NCBI RefSeq assembly: GCF_001194135.2
Contig: NC_068999.1
Span: forward strand, 51,602,489-51,651,129
Source of the DNA: Octopus bimaculoides
Lineage: Eukaryota
DNA: 48,641 bases
Direction of reading: 5' to 3'
Below the pieces are notes generated by a model. The model was given only the letters and a program-made list of their open reading frames with translations, was not told the origin of the DNA and did no database searches. The translations under genes were made by a program, and so were the position numbers. Positions 1 to 48,146 of this stretch are shown here, in pieces. How positions within the stretch are numbered: position 1 is the stretch's first letter; each line of letters opens with the position of its first letter.

Positions 1-42
1 TATTACTAGATAATGAAACTGGAGATGAGGCTATCAGAAACA
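1..42 (+). CDS. TEX11: Second, window-truncated copy of the TEX11 exon at 1104-1188
   Basis: 1-92 is identical to 1147-1238. Encodes LLDNETGDEAIRN followed by the same GTAAGA donor at 43. Confidence 0.5.
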
Positions 43-304
43 GTAAGAAATACAATATTTTTGAGACAATAATTACTATTTCTTTAGGAGATGGAATGTG
101 TGTGTGTGTGTGTGTGCATGTGTGTGTGTGTGCGCGTGTGTGTGTGTGCATGCATTTGTGTGTGTGAGTTTGTGTGCATTTGTGTGTGTGTGTGTGTGCG
201 TGTGTGTGTACATCATCAATTAAGGCAGACGTTAAAAGATGATGATGATATACATGGGAACATGGAAAAGTGGTTAAAGTGATGATGATGTATGTGTGTA
301 TGTA

Positions 305-315
305 NNNNNNNNNNT
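305..315. other. Assembly gap
   Basis: Run of N. Confidence 1.
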
Positions 316-534
316 TCCAGGCAATGACCTGAATAATAATAATAATAATAATAATAACAGCAACAACATAAAAAAATACCTTAGGAATGAGAATCCAGTT
401 TCGAAATTTCCTTAAGACACCTGATGAAGACTGGAGGGTATATCAGCCTAAATGTTGTGTTAACAACAAACAAGATGAGGACAAATATCCATCAATTGTA
501 AATAATGTAAATAATATATGTTAACATACCTCGG

Positions 535-745
535 TGTCACACAAATGGCACCTGTGCTGGTGGCATGTAAAAGCACCCATTACACTCTCAGAGTGGTTGG
601 CATTAGGAAGGGTATCCAGCCACAGAAAACCCACACCAAATCAGACTGGACTCTGGTGCAGCCTTCCAGTGTGCCAACCCAGTTAAACCATCCAACCCAT
701 GCCAGCCTGGGTTAAATGATGATGATGATGATGATGATGATGATG
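535..745 (+). mobile_element. 3' end of an RTE-related LINE/SINE family with a (GAT)n tail
   Basis: Motif GTGGTTGGCATTAGGAAGGGTATCCAGCC...CCAACCCATGCCAGC...GTTAAATGATGATG. Related copies at about 11460-11680(-), 17527-18010(-), 28935-29000(-), 32065-32290(-), 40885-41050(-) and 45560-45890(+). The RTE assignment is from memory. Confidence 0.7.
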
Positions 746-825
746 TTACTTTGTTTTATACAAATATATTAATAATAGGTATTCAACACTTTTAATGATT
801 ACTAATGCTAATAATATTTAATGTA

Positions 826-985
826 GCAAGCTGGCAGAATCATTAGCACACCAGGCAAAATGCTTAGCGGAATTTCATCCATCATTATGATCTGAGTTTA
901 GATTCTGCCAGGGTCGACTTCACCTTTCATCCTTCCGGGGTCAATAAAATAAGTAGTCTTCTGCCAAAATTTGAAATCAATATTA
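826..985 (+). mobile_element. SINE family A copy (tRNA-like head, CCTTTCATCCTT..GGGGTCGATAAA core)
   Basis: Homologous to the well-preserved copy at 9559-9786. Confidence 0.75.
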
Positions 986-1103
986 ATGAAACTGAAAAGA
1001 AGCTTGCTTTACAAGCCACACAGTTTCATATTCAGTCTTCCTTTTTTTTTTTTTTTTTTTTTTTTGGGGTGGATGATAATATTTCTAAGTTTTACGATTT
1101 CAG

Positions 1104-18741
<17,638 letters not shown>

Positions 18742-19095
18742 TAGACATTGATATAAGAGCTGAATGCGATTAGCATTTTAGTATTGCTAAAGGGTCTATA
18801 AATTACTTTAACAATTGGAAAAATTCAGGAAAAAGAAGTAAAAACTAAGGATAACTTAGAAGAGTTTATTGGAAAACATAGGCAAAGAAATAAAGCTTTA
18901 TTAGAAACATCAGAACACTTTCAATTAGGCGCCATTGGATGCAAAGTTGACTGATGGATTTCAGCATTAACAGATGCAACACAGTCTGGAGCAGAGATTT
19001 TCAAAGTGGCAACTGTCATAGCCTACCTAAAATTGTTAGCAAAATTTTTTGTGTAAGCTTCCTTCCCCATCACAATTTTTTATCATTAATGAGAA

Positions 19096-19101
19096 AATAA
19101 A
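19096..19101 (+). terminator. Candidate TEX11 polyadenylation signal
   Basis: AATAAA about 350 nt after the stop, followed by GT/T-rich TTGGTGTTTTTG. Confidence 0.4.
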
Positions 19102-20467
19102 ATAGACTTGGTGTTTTTGCAGGGCAAAAGGGGGTTGCTTTTTGTTCTTTGTTTTTTTTTTTCTTGTGTTTTTGCACTATGGTGTTGGGCAAGTTTAAAT
19201 GCTTTGAAACCACCCACCCAATTTTAGTAAATGTTGCAAATCTGTCCCTACTTTTTCAATCCTAACACCACCCTTAAAGAGGTCTGCCTTGTTATGAGAA
19301 AAGCTTGTCTACAGTAAATAATTTTTTTTAAAGTTATTAAGGATTGTATTGAAAAACACAGGTCTGGACAACATTTTGGAATAAATAAACATTGTTTTAT
19401 ATTATTTTAACATTTAAACATTCATACATATATTGTTATTTGTTCCTCTACAATGTGTTGTTTTTTTTTAAATAAAATAATTAGGTCTTTCATTTTCATC
19501 TCCTCTTTTAATCCTTAGTAACCATGGGTTATCATTCTGGCAAGGCAGATGCTAAAATCCAATGAGCCCTTTTAATACCAGCCCTCCTGAGACTTCCTTT
19601 AGTTCTGTGATACAAAATTCCTGCTTTAAAATGGTCTAAATTAAATTGTTCTATCAAAATTTTATGTTAATATATATTTCAAATACCAGCTTAATGATCC
19701 TTTCTACTATAGACACAAGGCCTGAAATTTTGAAGGAAAGAGCTAGACAATTACATTGAACCCCCAGTGCATAACTAGTACTTATTTCATCAACCCAGAA
19801 AGGATAAAAGGCCAAGTTGACCTTGGTGGAATTTGAACTCAGAACGTAAGGATGAACAAATTGCCACTAAGTATTGTGTCCAGCATACTAACAATTCTCG
19901 CTACCTTAAACACCAGTTTAATAATGACTAAGTTATTTTAGTAAACTTAAAATTTTTTTTTTTAAATTACTATATTTTCAGGCATATAAGGTGTTCTCCA
20001 ATTTTGGTAGGCTTAATCTAGGGAAAAAAAACATAAAAAAACCTCATCTAATCCTGAATCCCCTAGCTGAATGTCTTACACATTTATAAGTATAGGAACC
20101 ATGAAAATTTAGGCTGACACTCTTTGGTAAGGTATTATGGTAGGCTTAGTTACAATACTTATCTTAACACTGCTAAATGTCACCACTGTCACCAGTATTG
20201 TCCATCATTAACCCATAAACTGCGATAGGCCACCTCAGTGGCCAACGTGACAGTGCGACAGGCCATGTTCATGGCCACGGAAGGAGGGTATGATTTGACC
20301 TAATTTTGATGACGTATAATGTATGCACACGATACCCTTTCACCCCAGAAACAGTGTAGCCAATCACAGAAGGTGTTAAGAAACACTGCAACTTATACGT
20401 CAGAAAATACAGTGATTCAAACAAAACCAGAATATTTCAACAGAAATATGGCAACAAAAGAGTTAAT

Positions 20468-20623
20468 GAACGCTGGATATCCCCGAGAACTGCATTAAGG
20501 GTACACGTGTCTGTGGAGTTCTCAACCACTTGCACGTTGATTTCACGAGCTGGCTGTTCCGTTGATCGGATCAACTGGAACCCTCGACGTCGTAAGCGAC
20601 GGACTGCCAACAACAACAACAAC
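20468..20623 (+). mobile_element. 5'-truncated 3' tail of an OR-type SINE ending in (CAA)n
   Basis: CpG-rich CGCTGGATATCCCCGAGAAC...GGATCAACTGGAACCCTCGACGTCGTAAGCGACGG..GCCAACAACAACAAC. Family membership is from my recollection of the octopus consensus, because the head copies in this window do not overlap it. Confidence 0.55.
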
Positions 20624-21159
20624 ATATTGGGTAACGAAGATCTACTTTTGAAAAAGAAAAGAAAAAACTCTCGCTATCTTCCCCACTCCTCCTTTTTAAC
20701 AGGAAGTGCGAGATTACCTGTGTTGCTCATTAACAGGAAGTGAACGAGGTTACCTGTCTCGTACTATGCTAACTTCCTGTATATGTATTTGGTTATCCAT
20801 ACCAACGTCATTTCCTTTCTGCCAAACGGTCGTCGACAAACGTTTATTTCGCCACCTTCGGAAAATATAGGGAAAGTTCTCTCCCTTCATTATATTATAG
20901 GTATACATAACATACCTCAGAGCTTTGAGATTTCAATGATATGACTGTATGTTTTTACAATGACATTATGGGGTAGGTGTAATAGGCCATATCTGGTTGG
21001 TTTCAACATAAAACAGGTAAAATATTTAGGCCAGATGAGGCTGGTTTAAATGTTAAAGGGTAAAATAATCCTCACCTTGTGCAAGCATCTACCACAAGGT
21101 CCACTCCTCATTATGGTGTGGTGGCTTGTATGACTCAATGACTTGAGAACTATGCTAGC

Positions 21160-21510
21160 AGAGTGCAAGCCCCTAGCTGGGTCCTCCATGCTGAGAAAGT
21201 CAACAGTTAGAGGCCAGGCAAATATGAACCCCTCCCCAAAGGTAAAAATGGGTTTGCATAGAGCTAGCTCCCCTACCTAAAAATTTAACAAAAGTTAATG
21301 AAGCATCAGGGTCAATTCAAAACCAACAAGACCTGGGAGAGAAAGGCCCCCTCAAGGAAATATATGATGCAGTGCAGCAAAATCCAAAAGGAAGAGCAGG
21401 GGTCCACTTGGAGAGAAAGAGAGAAGACAGCCCAGTGTCAAGAACATGTAAGGAAAGTCGTCAATGGTCTATGCTCCTTGAGAATGGAGGGCTTAAATAA
21501 AGTAAGTATA
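21160..21510 (+). mobile_element. Short RTE-derived element
   Basis: Ends with EKTAQCQEHVRKVVNGLCSLRMEGLNK and TAAAGTAAGTA, similar to RTE ORF termini (LAQDR..WR..V.GLCS). Confidence 0.45.
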
Positions 21511-22383
21511 TGCAAGCAGGGAAAAGGTTTTGCAGTATCATAACATTAGTATAATAATTGTATCACAGGCTGGATAGGTCATGTGCTGGTTGATGTATTT
21601 ATTAGAAATAGATTTTAAGAAATTTATACAAATTAGAATAAGCAGGCAATCCAAACAATAATATAAGATTTTCAAAGGGTGGTAAAAATACAGTGTCTAA
21701 GATAATAATGGCCATTATTATTTAGTATCAACATCATGGCTGCAAGCTGGCAGAACCATTAGCATGCAGGGTAATCTGCTTAGTGGTATTTCATCCATTT
21801 TCATGTTCTGAGTTAAAATGCCACCAAGGTTGACTATGCTTTTCATCCTTTCAGGGTTGATAAAATAAGTACTGGGGTCGATGTAATCAAGTTAATCCCT
21901 CCCCCAAAACTTTCAGGCCTTGTGCATACAGTAGAAAGCAGGTGTATGCTGTCAGTAGTTACGAAGGGTAGGCAGTTGGTAACCTTTATGTAGTAAAACT
22001 CACACAAAATAAGCTAAACACAGACACGCGACTGAGTTGAAGGCAGAACTTCTGCCTTTATAGTATGTAAAGAAAACGTTGTTGGAGTGTATGCAGCAGT
22101 ACTATGTGTAGCTTTAATACAGAGATTGAAAGGCAGGAACCAATTATGGCAACCTAATCTACAAAACATAACTAAATTACAACAAGTATATAGTCCATTT
22201 TTTGCATTATAGTGCATTGTTGTACCATTCAAAACTTTTTATTCTTTACAAACAATACACAATGTTTCAAGCGAACTACAATACTCTCTTAAAACATTTT
22301 GCATTTTATGTATAGTAATCAGACTAACCTTCATGATTTTATTGAATTAGGTAAAATTAAGGAAATAATCGAAAAAAAAAAAA

Positions 22384-22546
22384 ACATTATTTGTTGCAAC
22401 TATGTTTGATGAAATTAAGTATCTTCAAATGAAATCTCAATTGTTACGCATTTTGCGATTTGTTGACGAGAAGAAAAAGCCTTGAAAAAGGTTTTTGGGA
22501 TGCATCAATGTCAGTAAAGCGAGAAAAGCTGCATTGCTGACAGGAG
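22384..22546 (+). mobile_element. hAT transposase relic (ZMYM1-like/DUF4371 region)
   Basis: TLFVATMFDEIKYLQMKSQLLRILRFVDEKKKP*KRFLGCINVSKARKAALL resembles hAT FVAILLDETTDVSNKSQLS.VLRYV...ERFLGF.DVS. Contains an in-frame stop and a frameshift in the upstream A-run. Confidence 0.7.
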
Positions 22547-22807
22547 TTTACTTCGGTGGGTGGAAAAGAATTGCCTTCCTCTAAGTGTATTCTAGAACAC
22601 TAAAAACATTTCCCCTAATATGCATGTATGTTTTTCATGCCATTAAATACGGTATTATATCTTACTGAAAGAAAGACGCTATTAATATCAATTGTGGGAC
22701 TTGCAAGTGCTCAGATCCAAGGGAAGTAAGTCTAAATTAAAGACAGGTAACTGTTATAATTAAAGGGAGGCAATCATTTATCTTCTTTCATGTATATATT
22801 CTTTGTG

Positions 22808-22987
22808 AGTGGAGGCGCAATGGCCCGGTGGTTAAGGCAGCGGACTCGCGGTCATAGGATCGCGGTTCCGATTCCCAGACCGGGCGTTGTGTGTGTGTTT
22901 ATTGAGCGAAAACACCTAAAGCTCCACGAGGCTCCGGCAGGAGATGGTGGCGAACCCTGCTGTATTCTTTCACCACTACTTTCTCTC
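22808..22987 (+). mobile_element. tRNA-Arg-derived (OR-type) SINE, head and body
   Basis: GGAGGCGCAATGGCCCGGTGGTTAAGGCAGCGGACTCGCGGTCATAGGATCGCGGTTCCGATTCCC with TCG in the anticodon position, followed by a non-tRNA body that is near-identical to 42050-42260(-). Confidence 0.85.
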
Positions 22988-23009
22988 ACCCATTTCGGGA
23001 TCTTTTCCT

Positions 23010-23330
23010 CTTGGCTGGCACATAGAAAAAATAATTTTTTTTAACTAAACACTTTCAAATTTCGTATACTGATAGAATGTGTCATTTAAAACTCTTGGCG
23101 TTTTCAAGAAAATTCTTTATTTTCGAAGTTATTTCGTGTTAAAGTTATCGTATTTCGGTAATTTCAACCAATCAATGACGTCTATTGAGATGAAAACAAT
23201 TACTGCTGTGGTTTGTCAACAAGACGTTCTGGCGATGTAAATTTACTTTGTCACTGTTATTTATGACCTCGTTCGTGCGTTTGTACTGGTTTTAGTTTTA
23301 GGGTCAGGGTTAAGGGTTTTTTCAGACATT
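23010..23330. repeat. Unclassified repeat with CCAAT/CRE motifs and a degenerate TTAGGG-like patch
   Basis: CpG-rich, with AACCAATCAATGACGTC at about 23167-23183 and TTTAGTTTTAGGGTCAGGGTTAAGGG at about 23290-23316. It directly abuts the truncated SINE. Confidence 0.4.
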
Positions 23331-23529
23331 TTTGCCCCCCTCCCCATCCAATTTCTTCATTTTTCACATTTTTCCGTACTCATCTCCACCTCATCCCGTT
23401 TTTATTGTTGATAATTCTCTCACCACAGGCACACTCATTTTGCTATCTCAAAAGCAGAATCTCTAACACTGGAATCTGTCAGCTCAACTTGAGCCTTTGC
23501 ATCTTTTTGGAGACCCAGTGAACAAGCCT

Positions 23530-24200
23530 TTCAGTACAAGAACCTTAGAGCAAGCAAAAAGGTTTCCATTTAATCGAGTTGTCTGTGTATCCACCCTCCT
23601 GCACAGGTCTGAGTGCTGGACCCTTTACCAGTGCCAGATCAGACAACTAGGAGCTTTTCATATCAGATCACTGAAAATTATACTAAACCTCATGTGAAAG
23701 GACAAGGTGCCACATACCAAAATCCTCCTGAGAGCTGGGATACACAGTGTTGAGGCCTGCATCCTTTGTCTTCTTCTCCTCTGGGTTGGCCATGTGTTTC
23801 AGATGCTGATTAAACAGCTCCTGAAGATGATCATCTTCAACAAGATCGAGACTGGAAAAAGGCCTCATGGAAGTCCAAAAATTTTATTTTCCTGATCACT
23901 TCAAACCATCTCACATTTTATGCAGTGTCCTTCCCAATTGGTTTGAGCCCCAGGCTGTTAACAGAAGGCATGGCAGTCCATCTGTGATGCTAGATTAGAG
24001 AGCTTTGTAACTGAAAGCAGGAGGCTGTGTGAAAAGAAGAGAAGGCGTTGACATTCAAACCCCTGCACCAGTTGTTTGGGGTCACTTTCAGTGCCCTATC
24101 TGCCACAGGATATGCCTATCTCATATCGGTCTTGTCAGCCACATCCACTCCTATGGAAAACAATGTGCTGGAGGAGGCTAGATGTCTTGGATCTACACTA
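23530..24200 (+). mobile_element. RTE-BovB-like LINE 3' relic
   Basis: RVVCVSTLLHRSECWTLYQCQIRQLGAFHIRSLKIILNL, then VPHTKILLRAGIHSVEA..LLWVGHVFQM..ETGKRPHGSPK, and a C-terminal zinc finger FQCPICHRICLSHIGLVSH at about 24080-24140. Confidence 0.85.
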
Positions 24201-24226
24201 TCATCACTTTTGATGGGTTGTCATAA

Positions 24227-24269
<43 letters not shown>

Positions 24270-24279
24270 NNNNNNNNNN
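24270..24279. other. Assembly gap
   Basis: Run of N after (TA)n. Confidence 1.
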
Positions 24280-24348
24280 CAGCTGGAGTCTGGACAGCTC
24301 CGTGTCAAATCGACCAACTCATACCAGCAAGCAGACATTATACAATGA

Positions 24349-24392
<44 letters not shown>

Positions 24393-24737
24393 ATGTATGT
24401 ATGAGTATGTTTGTATCTCCTTGTCTTGGCATTGTGCAATAGTTGTAAATGTGTTTCAGTGTCATACAAGCAGTGTCATTGATTTCCAATATTCTGCAAA
24501 AACATGCCTGGCCATGGGAAAATATTACTTTCCTTAGTAAAGGCATCTTGTTGTAGAAAATATGCCTCCAACCCATGCAAAGAAAGAAAAGTGGACATTA
24601 AAATGATGATTTTTAATCCACAAGTCAGCTCAAACAAATGGGGGTTTCTCAACAAAAGACAATCACCAAAACAAGAAAAAAAATTTAAATTAAAGAAAAA
24701 AAAAAGAACCAAACCAAGTCTATTTCTTTGTTCACTC

Positions 24738-24743
24738 TTTATT
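24738..24743 (-). terminator. Candidate distal ACSL polyadenylation signal
   Basis: AATAAA on the - strand followed after about 20 nt by GT/T-rich CTTGGTTTGGTTCTTTTTTTTTT. Confidence 0.3.
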
Positions 24744-26194
24744 TCAAATTATCTCCACCATAAAATTTTTTCAATCAGATTTTTATTCATTTTCATTAAT
24801 TTCCTTTTTTTTTTAAATTTTTTCCATTTCAAACCTGGGGCAAAAAAAGGTCGCACTTAAAAAGATGGCACATTTAATTGTTTATGAATCTAACAACAGT
24901 TTTGTTAAAACTATGAAACTAAAATTTTTTTTTTTTTTAAATGACCGAAGTATTTTTTGTTGTTTTTTTTTAATGATTATCGTTGCTATTATTATTATTA
25001 TTATTATTACTATTATTATGATACTGGTGGAAGAAGAGAGAAAAGAAACAAGTTTTTTTTGTTTTTTTTGCTTTAAAATCCTTCATTTTCTACATTACAA
25101 AATATTTAAATCTCTAGAGAAAGAGAGAGAGAGAGAGATTAAAATAAGGAGGGATTTAATATAATTTGAAAAAGAAAGAAAGAAAAAGCAAAGCTCGTTA
25201 TTTCATTATTGTGATATGTTATTGAATTATGTGAGGGGGAGAAATGCAGATTACTTAAGTGGTTCTAGTAGAAAAATACCTCAAACAGAGAAACTTTGAA
25301 GTATGTAAAGCTTGTTCTTTCCATTATATTTTTGGAAGGGCTGGGGGCCAAAGCATATATGATTATGAATCTAAAATCATGCCTATTTTAATCACACGTG
25401 GTGTGAAATATAAAAAAGTTGGGTTTTTTTGGGGTTTTTTTTGCTATTTATAATTTTCAATTTTTTTATTGTGTGTGTTGTGTTTATAATATCTGAATTA
25501 AGTGATTATTAAAGAAATGAGCTGAAAAAAAAAATAATAATAAAATGTAGGGAGGAGGTAAAAAAAAAATCGTTTGGTTGCCAACAAAGAGGATGCAACC
25601 AAATTTAGATTAATTAAACAAAGGTGGTATTTATGATGATGGTGATGGTGGTGGTGGTAGTAAAGCCTTGATGATGTCTGAAGCCTTCGTGCTTAAAAAG
25701 TCATTGTCGTCATCGTCATCATCACCAACACCACCACCACCACCACTACTATAATATTTAACAATAATGGTGATAGTGATAATAATGAAGTTAAGTTTTG
25801 TGATAAACCAGCACAATGATGGTGGTGGTGGTGGTGGTGGTGGTGGTGGTAATTTGTTTCAAACCATCACGATCATGTAAGATAGAAAAATGAAAAACAA
25901 AAACATCACTTCCACCATCACCATGACTACCAGTAACCACCATCATCATCGTTGAAATGACCAAGCTTAATGTCATTCATCACAGCAATATTTTTTTTAT
26001 TTCATTTTATTATTTTTTTTTTTAATATTTAGTGTGAAAGGCAATGTTGATATCACAAAGAAAGTACTAACAGCTCAGACTGGAATGTCTTGCTATGTAT
26101 AATAAAGGAGAAAGAAAAAACAAACAACCAAAAATATACACACGCACACACATAAAAGAATGGCTTTTCTAAGTGGCATACTATACATATAAAA

Positions 26195-26680
<486 letters not shown>

Positions 26681-29390
26681 TTGTTTTAATTAAAAACCAT
26701 TGTCTTAAAAGTTAATAAAGCTAAAGAAGTGTGCAATGTTTCTCTATGTGTGTCCAATGTGCTTTTAGCAAAATTCGGAAAATACATACAGCAGTGTTTT
26801 CACGTTTTCCCGTCAAAACACCGACTCATATTTGTATTCTCTAAGGTTGACTTTATTTATTGTACAAAGATCATTATTATTAAAAGACGGTTTATATATA
26901 TATATTTTTTTTTACTGCACTGACATGGCTGTACAGTATAATTATATTCGCATCTTCATTGCTCTTGTGGCAGAAAGGAAATTATGATTTTGACAGTTTT
27001 TATAATCTTCGTTATTCATCTGCATATCGTTGTTGGGATTGTATTTCTTGGAGTTACGTTCTTCTTTATATATTGATTGATTCAGTTATAATTTCCACCT
27101 GCCACAATTTTTTCAGACCTGTTAACATTTAAAAACTACTGCTTTTTCAGCTTGAGAATGTTGTCAGCAAAAGTTTTTTTTTATTTAATTTAAAATTTAT
27201 TTCTGAGGAGATCATAGTGCCATGTATCTCATTCATGGCAACCAAAAGACATTTAGTTATAATTCCAAAGGAGGGGGGGTTTATATCTAATTCTATTCAA
27301 ATATCATTCACATCATGAACAAGGTCTGTTTTCTTTTCAATTTTTTAGCATTGCATTTTTCTCTTCTTTTTCGTGTATATGAGTCATCCTAACTTTTCAT
27401 TAGCTGAAGGAAAGGTACAATATAAAGAACCACTGATTTCCATCAAAGCTGCATGTATATTTACTCAAAGACAGTCAATTGCTCCTTTATTCAATTCAAA
27501 CTAACAGCCCAAAAACTTCACCAATTAAGCAACATAGCCAATTACAAAACCACTTCGAATATAACATTAAAAAAAAAAGCGCAGCAGTTCATTACATTTG
27601 GGGGTTTTTTTCAAACTTATCAATCAGGGAGTAAACAATAATGGACTTTTTTAAAAAAAACCCTTCAATTTTGCATCCATTTTTAAAATTTAATTCTGAG
27701 TTGGACATGTTTATTAAACAGTAACAGTTCAACTCATTCTTTAGGATCCACAAATATTACTGGTACTTATTTTACACAGGATTAAAATGCAAAGTTTAAC
27801 TCTGCAGGTTAAAGCAAAAAATAAAAATAATGATAACAGAAATTATTTTTTTTTAAATTTAATATTTCACGAAACTAAGATAGTATTAAAAAAACAAAAA
27901 AAATAATTGCACAAAGAAACGGGTGATCTTATGAACCTTGTACATGTAACGTGACTAACAATGGGAAACACTACTACATTAACTGAAAGTAAGAGGAAGG
28001 CAAATACTAAAGGTGATGGCGTGTGAGGTGGGGTGAGTGGTGTGTGTGTGTGTATGTGTGTCTATGTATGATAGACGTATAGCTATATGTGCATGTTATG
28101 TCAGAGAAGAGTGCTTGTGCTGTATGTCAAAATAAACTTCATAGTTCATATTTCATTTCTATCATTTACAGATATAACAAGTGATTACAATACCCTGCGT
28201 GTGTAAATGAATCGAATGTGTCTTAATTACAGATTGGTGATGATTTTTGCCAATTGTTAATGATTATTTGTCTACCTTCCACTTGTAATGTATGCAGTTT
28301 TGTTTCACTTATGTTCATCATATGATACATACAAAGTTCAAACAAGATCACTAAATAATGTGCTCAATGTAGATATGAAATTAGATAGGTTTGAACAAAA
28401 ACAAAAACAAAACAAAAAGGCTGACACTAGAAAACGGTAAACACCATTTTCCATGAGCCAGCCACCCTATTTGTCATGATGTGGGACATATGTGCATTTT
28501 CCATGTATATAGCTGAAGGCAAGTAAAATGTCTTACCTAAAAAGGAATGGGAACGCAGAGATATAATTGTGATGGAGTAAAACATTCATGTATACAAGTT
28601 TTGTTGACTTACACATTAGACTAAATAGTCACCCATGAGGAAAGAATCAAGACTGTTTTAGATATTATCCATTTTAAAAAGAATCCCTAAAAACCAAAAA
28701 AAAAAAATTAAAGAAGTGTTCCTTCAAATGTAATTCCTTAAAAATAATACACCCACACAAAATATTGGATCTGAATTCAATACATCAAATTATCACTGAA
28801 CTGGAAAGCACCAACATTATTCTGGAAAAGTTTAAAACAAGAACGTGTGTGTGTGTATGTATGTATGTAGGTTTAAGTGTAAGTGTGTGTATGTATGTAT
28901 ATATATATACACACACATTATATAGTTATATATAGTACATATCATCATCATTTAACATCCATTTTCCATGTTGACATGGGTTGGACGGTTTGACCAGATG
29001 TGTGTGTATGTATAGTGAATGTAAATAAGCATATATGCATAAATGTGAATGCATGAGTATACACACACACACACACATACATGAATAAATAAATAAAAAA
29101 ACAGGAACAAAACATTTACACAGAAGAAAACTTATCACTCCTTTCATCATTTTCTTTTCTTTTTTTTTTTGTTTTGCAGGTGATCCTTAAAAACTGGTTT
29201 TAAAATTTAAAGACACGTAAAAAAAAAAAAAGGGTTAAAAATTTATTATATTTCTTTCGTGATTAATCAAATATTATGTGTAGTGAGGAAAAGTTTTCTT
29301 TTGTTTTCAGTAATTAATTCTTTTTTAAATCAATTATTCAAATTACTTAAATTACTTAGTTCTAACCCTCCCTTCCCCACCCACACACCC

Positions 29391-29405
29391 NNNNNNNNNN
29401 NNNNN
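29391..29405. other. Assembly gap
   Basis: Run of N after a C-rich tract. Confidence 1.
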
Positions 29406-29482
29406 GAAAATGGAGCACTAATTTGAATAAAATCACTGTTAGCTTGGTTTTGTTATTGGCTTTTTACCTTTGTTTTTGGGTT

Positions 29483-29488
29483 TTTATT
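29483..29488 (-). terminator. Candidate proximal ACSL polyadenylation signal
   Basis: AATAAA on the - strand about 85 nt after the stop. The context is very AT-rich, so it may be chance. Confidence 0.25.
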
Positions 29489-29571
29489 TTATTTTATTAA
29501 TTTTTTTTTTGCTTCGTTTCGCATTTTGAAGGTTTTAATTTTTTTTTTTTTTTCAGTATTTATGAAGGGAC

Positions 29572-48146
<18,575 letters not shown>

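Noticed and set aside
988-1040. Stop-free NETEKKLALQATQFHIQS as a possible upstream TEX11 exon
   Set aside because: It has no convincing splice sites or similarity to the expected segment, and it directly follows a SINE tail.
19100-19112. 13-mer AAATAGACTTGGT at both predicted poly(A) regions (also 24713-24725 on the - strand)
   Set aside because: Many 13-mer matches are expected by chance in an AT-rich 48-kb window, both cleavage sites are only predictions, and the match was noticed after the fact.
22808-22880. tRNA-Arg(TCG)-like sequence
   Set aside because: There is no acceptor-stem 3' strand or T-run terminator. It continues into a body shared with 42050-42260, so it is a SINE head.
23290-23316. 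Telomere-like TTAGGG patch
   Set aside because: Only three or four degenerate units inside an interspersed repeat. It is not an interstitial telomere array.
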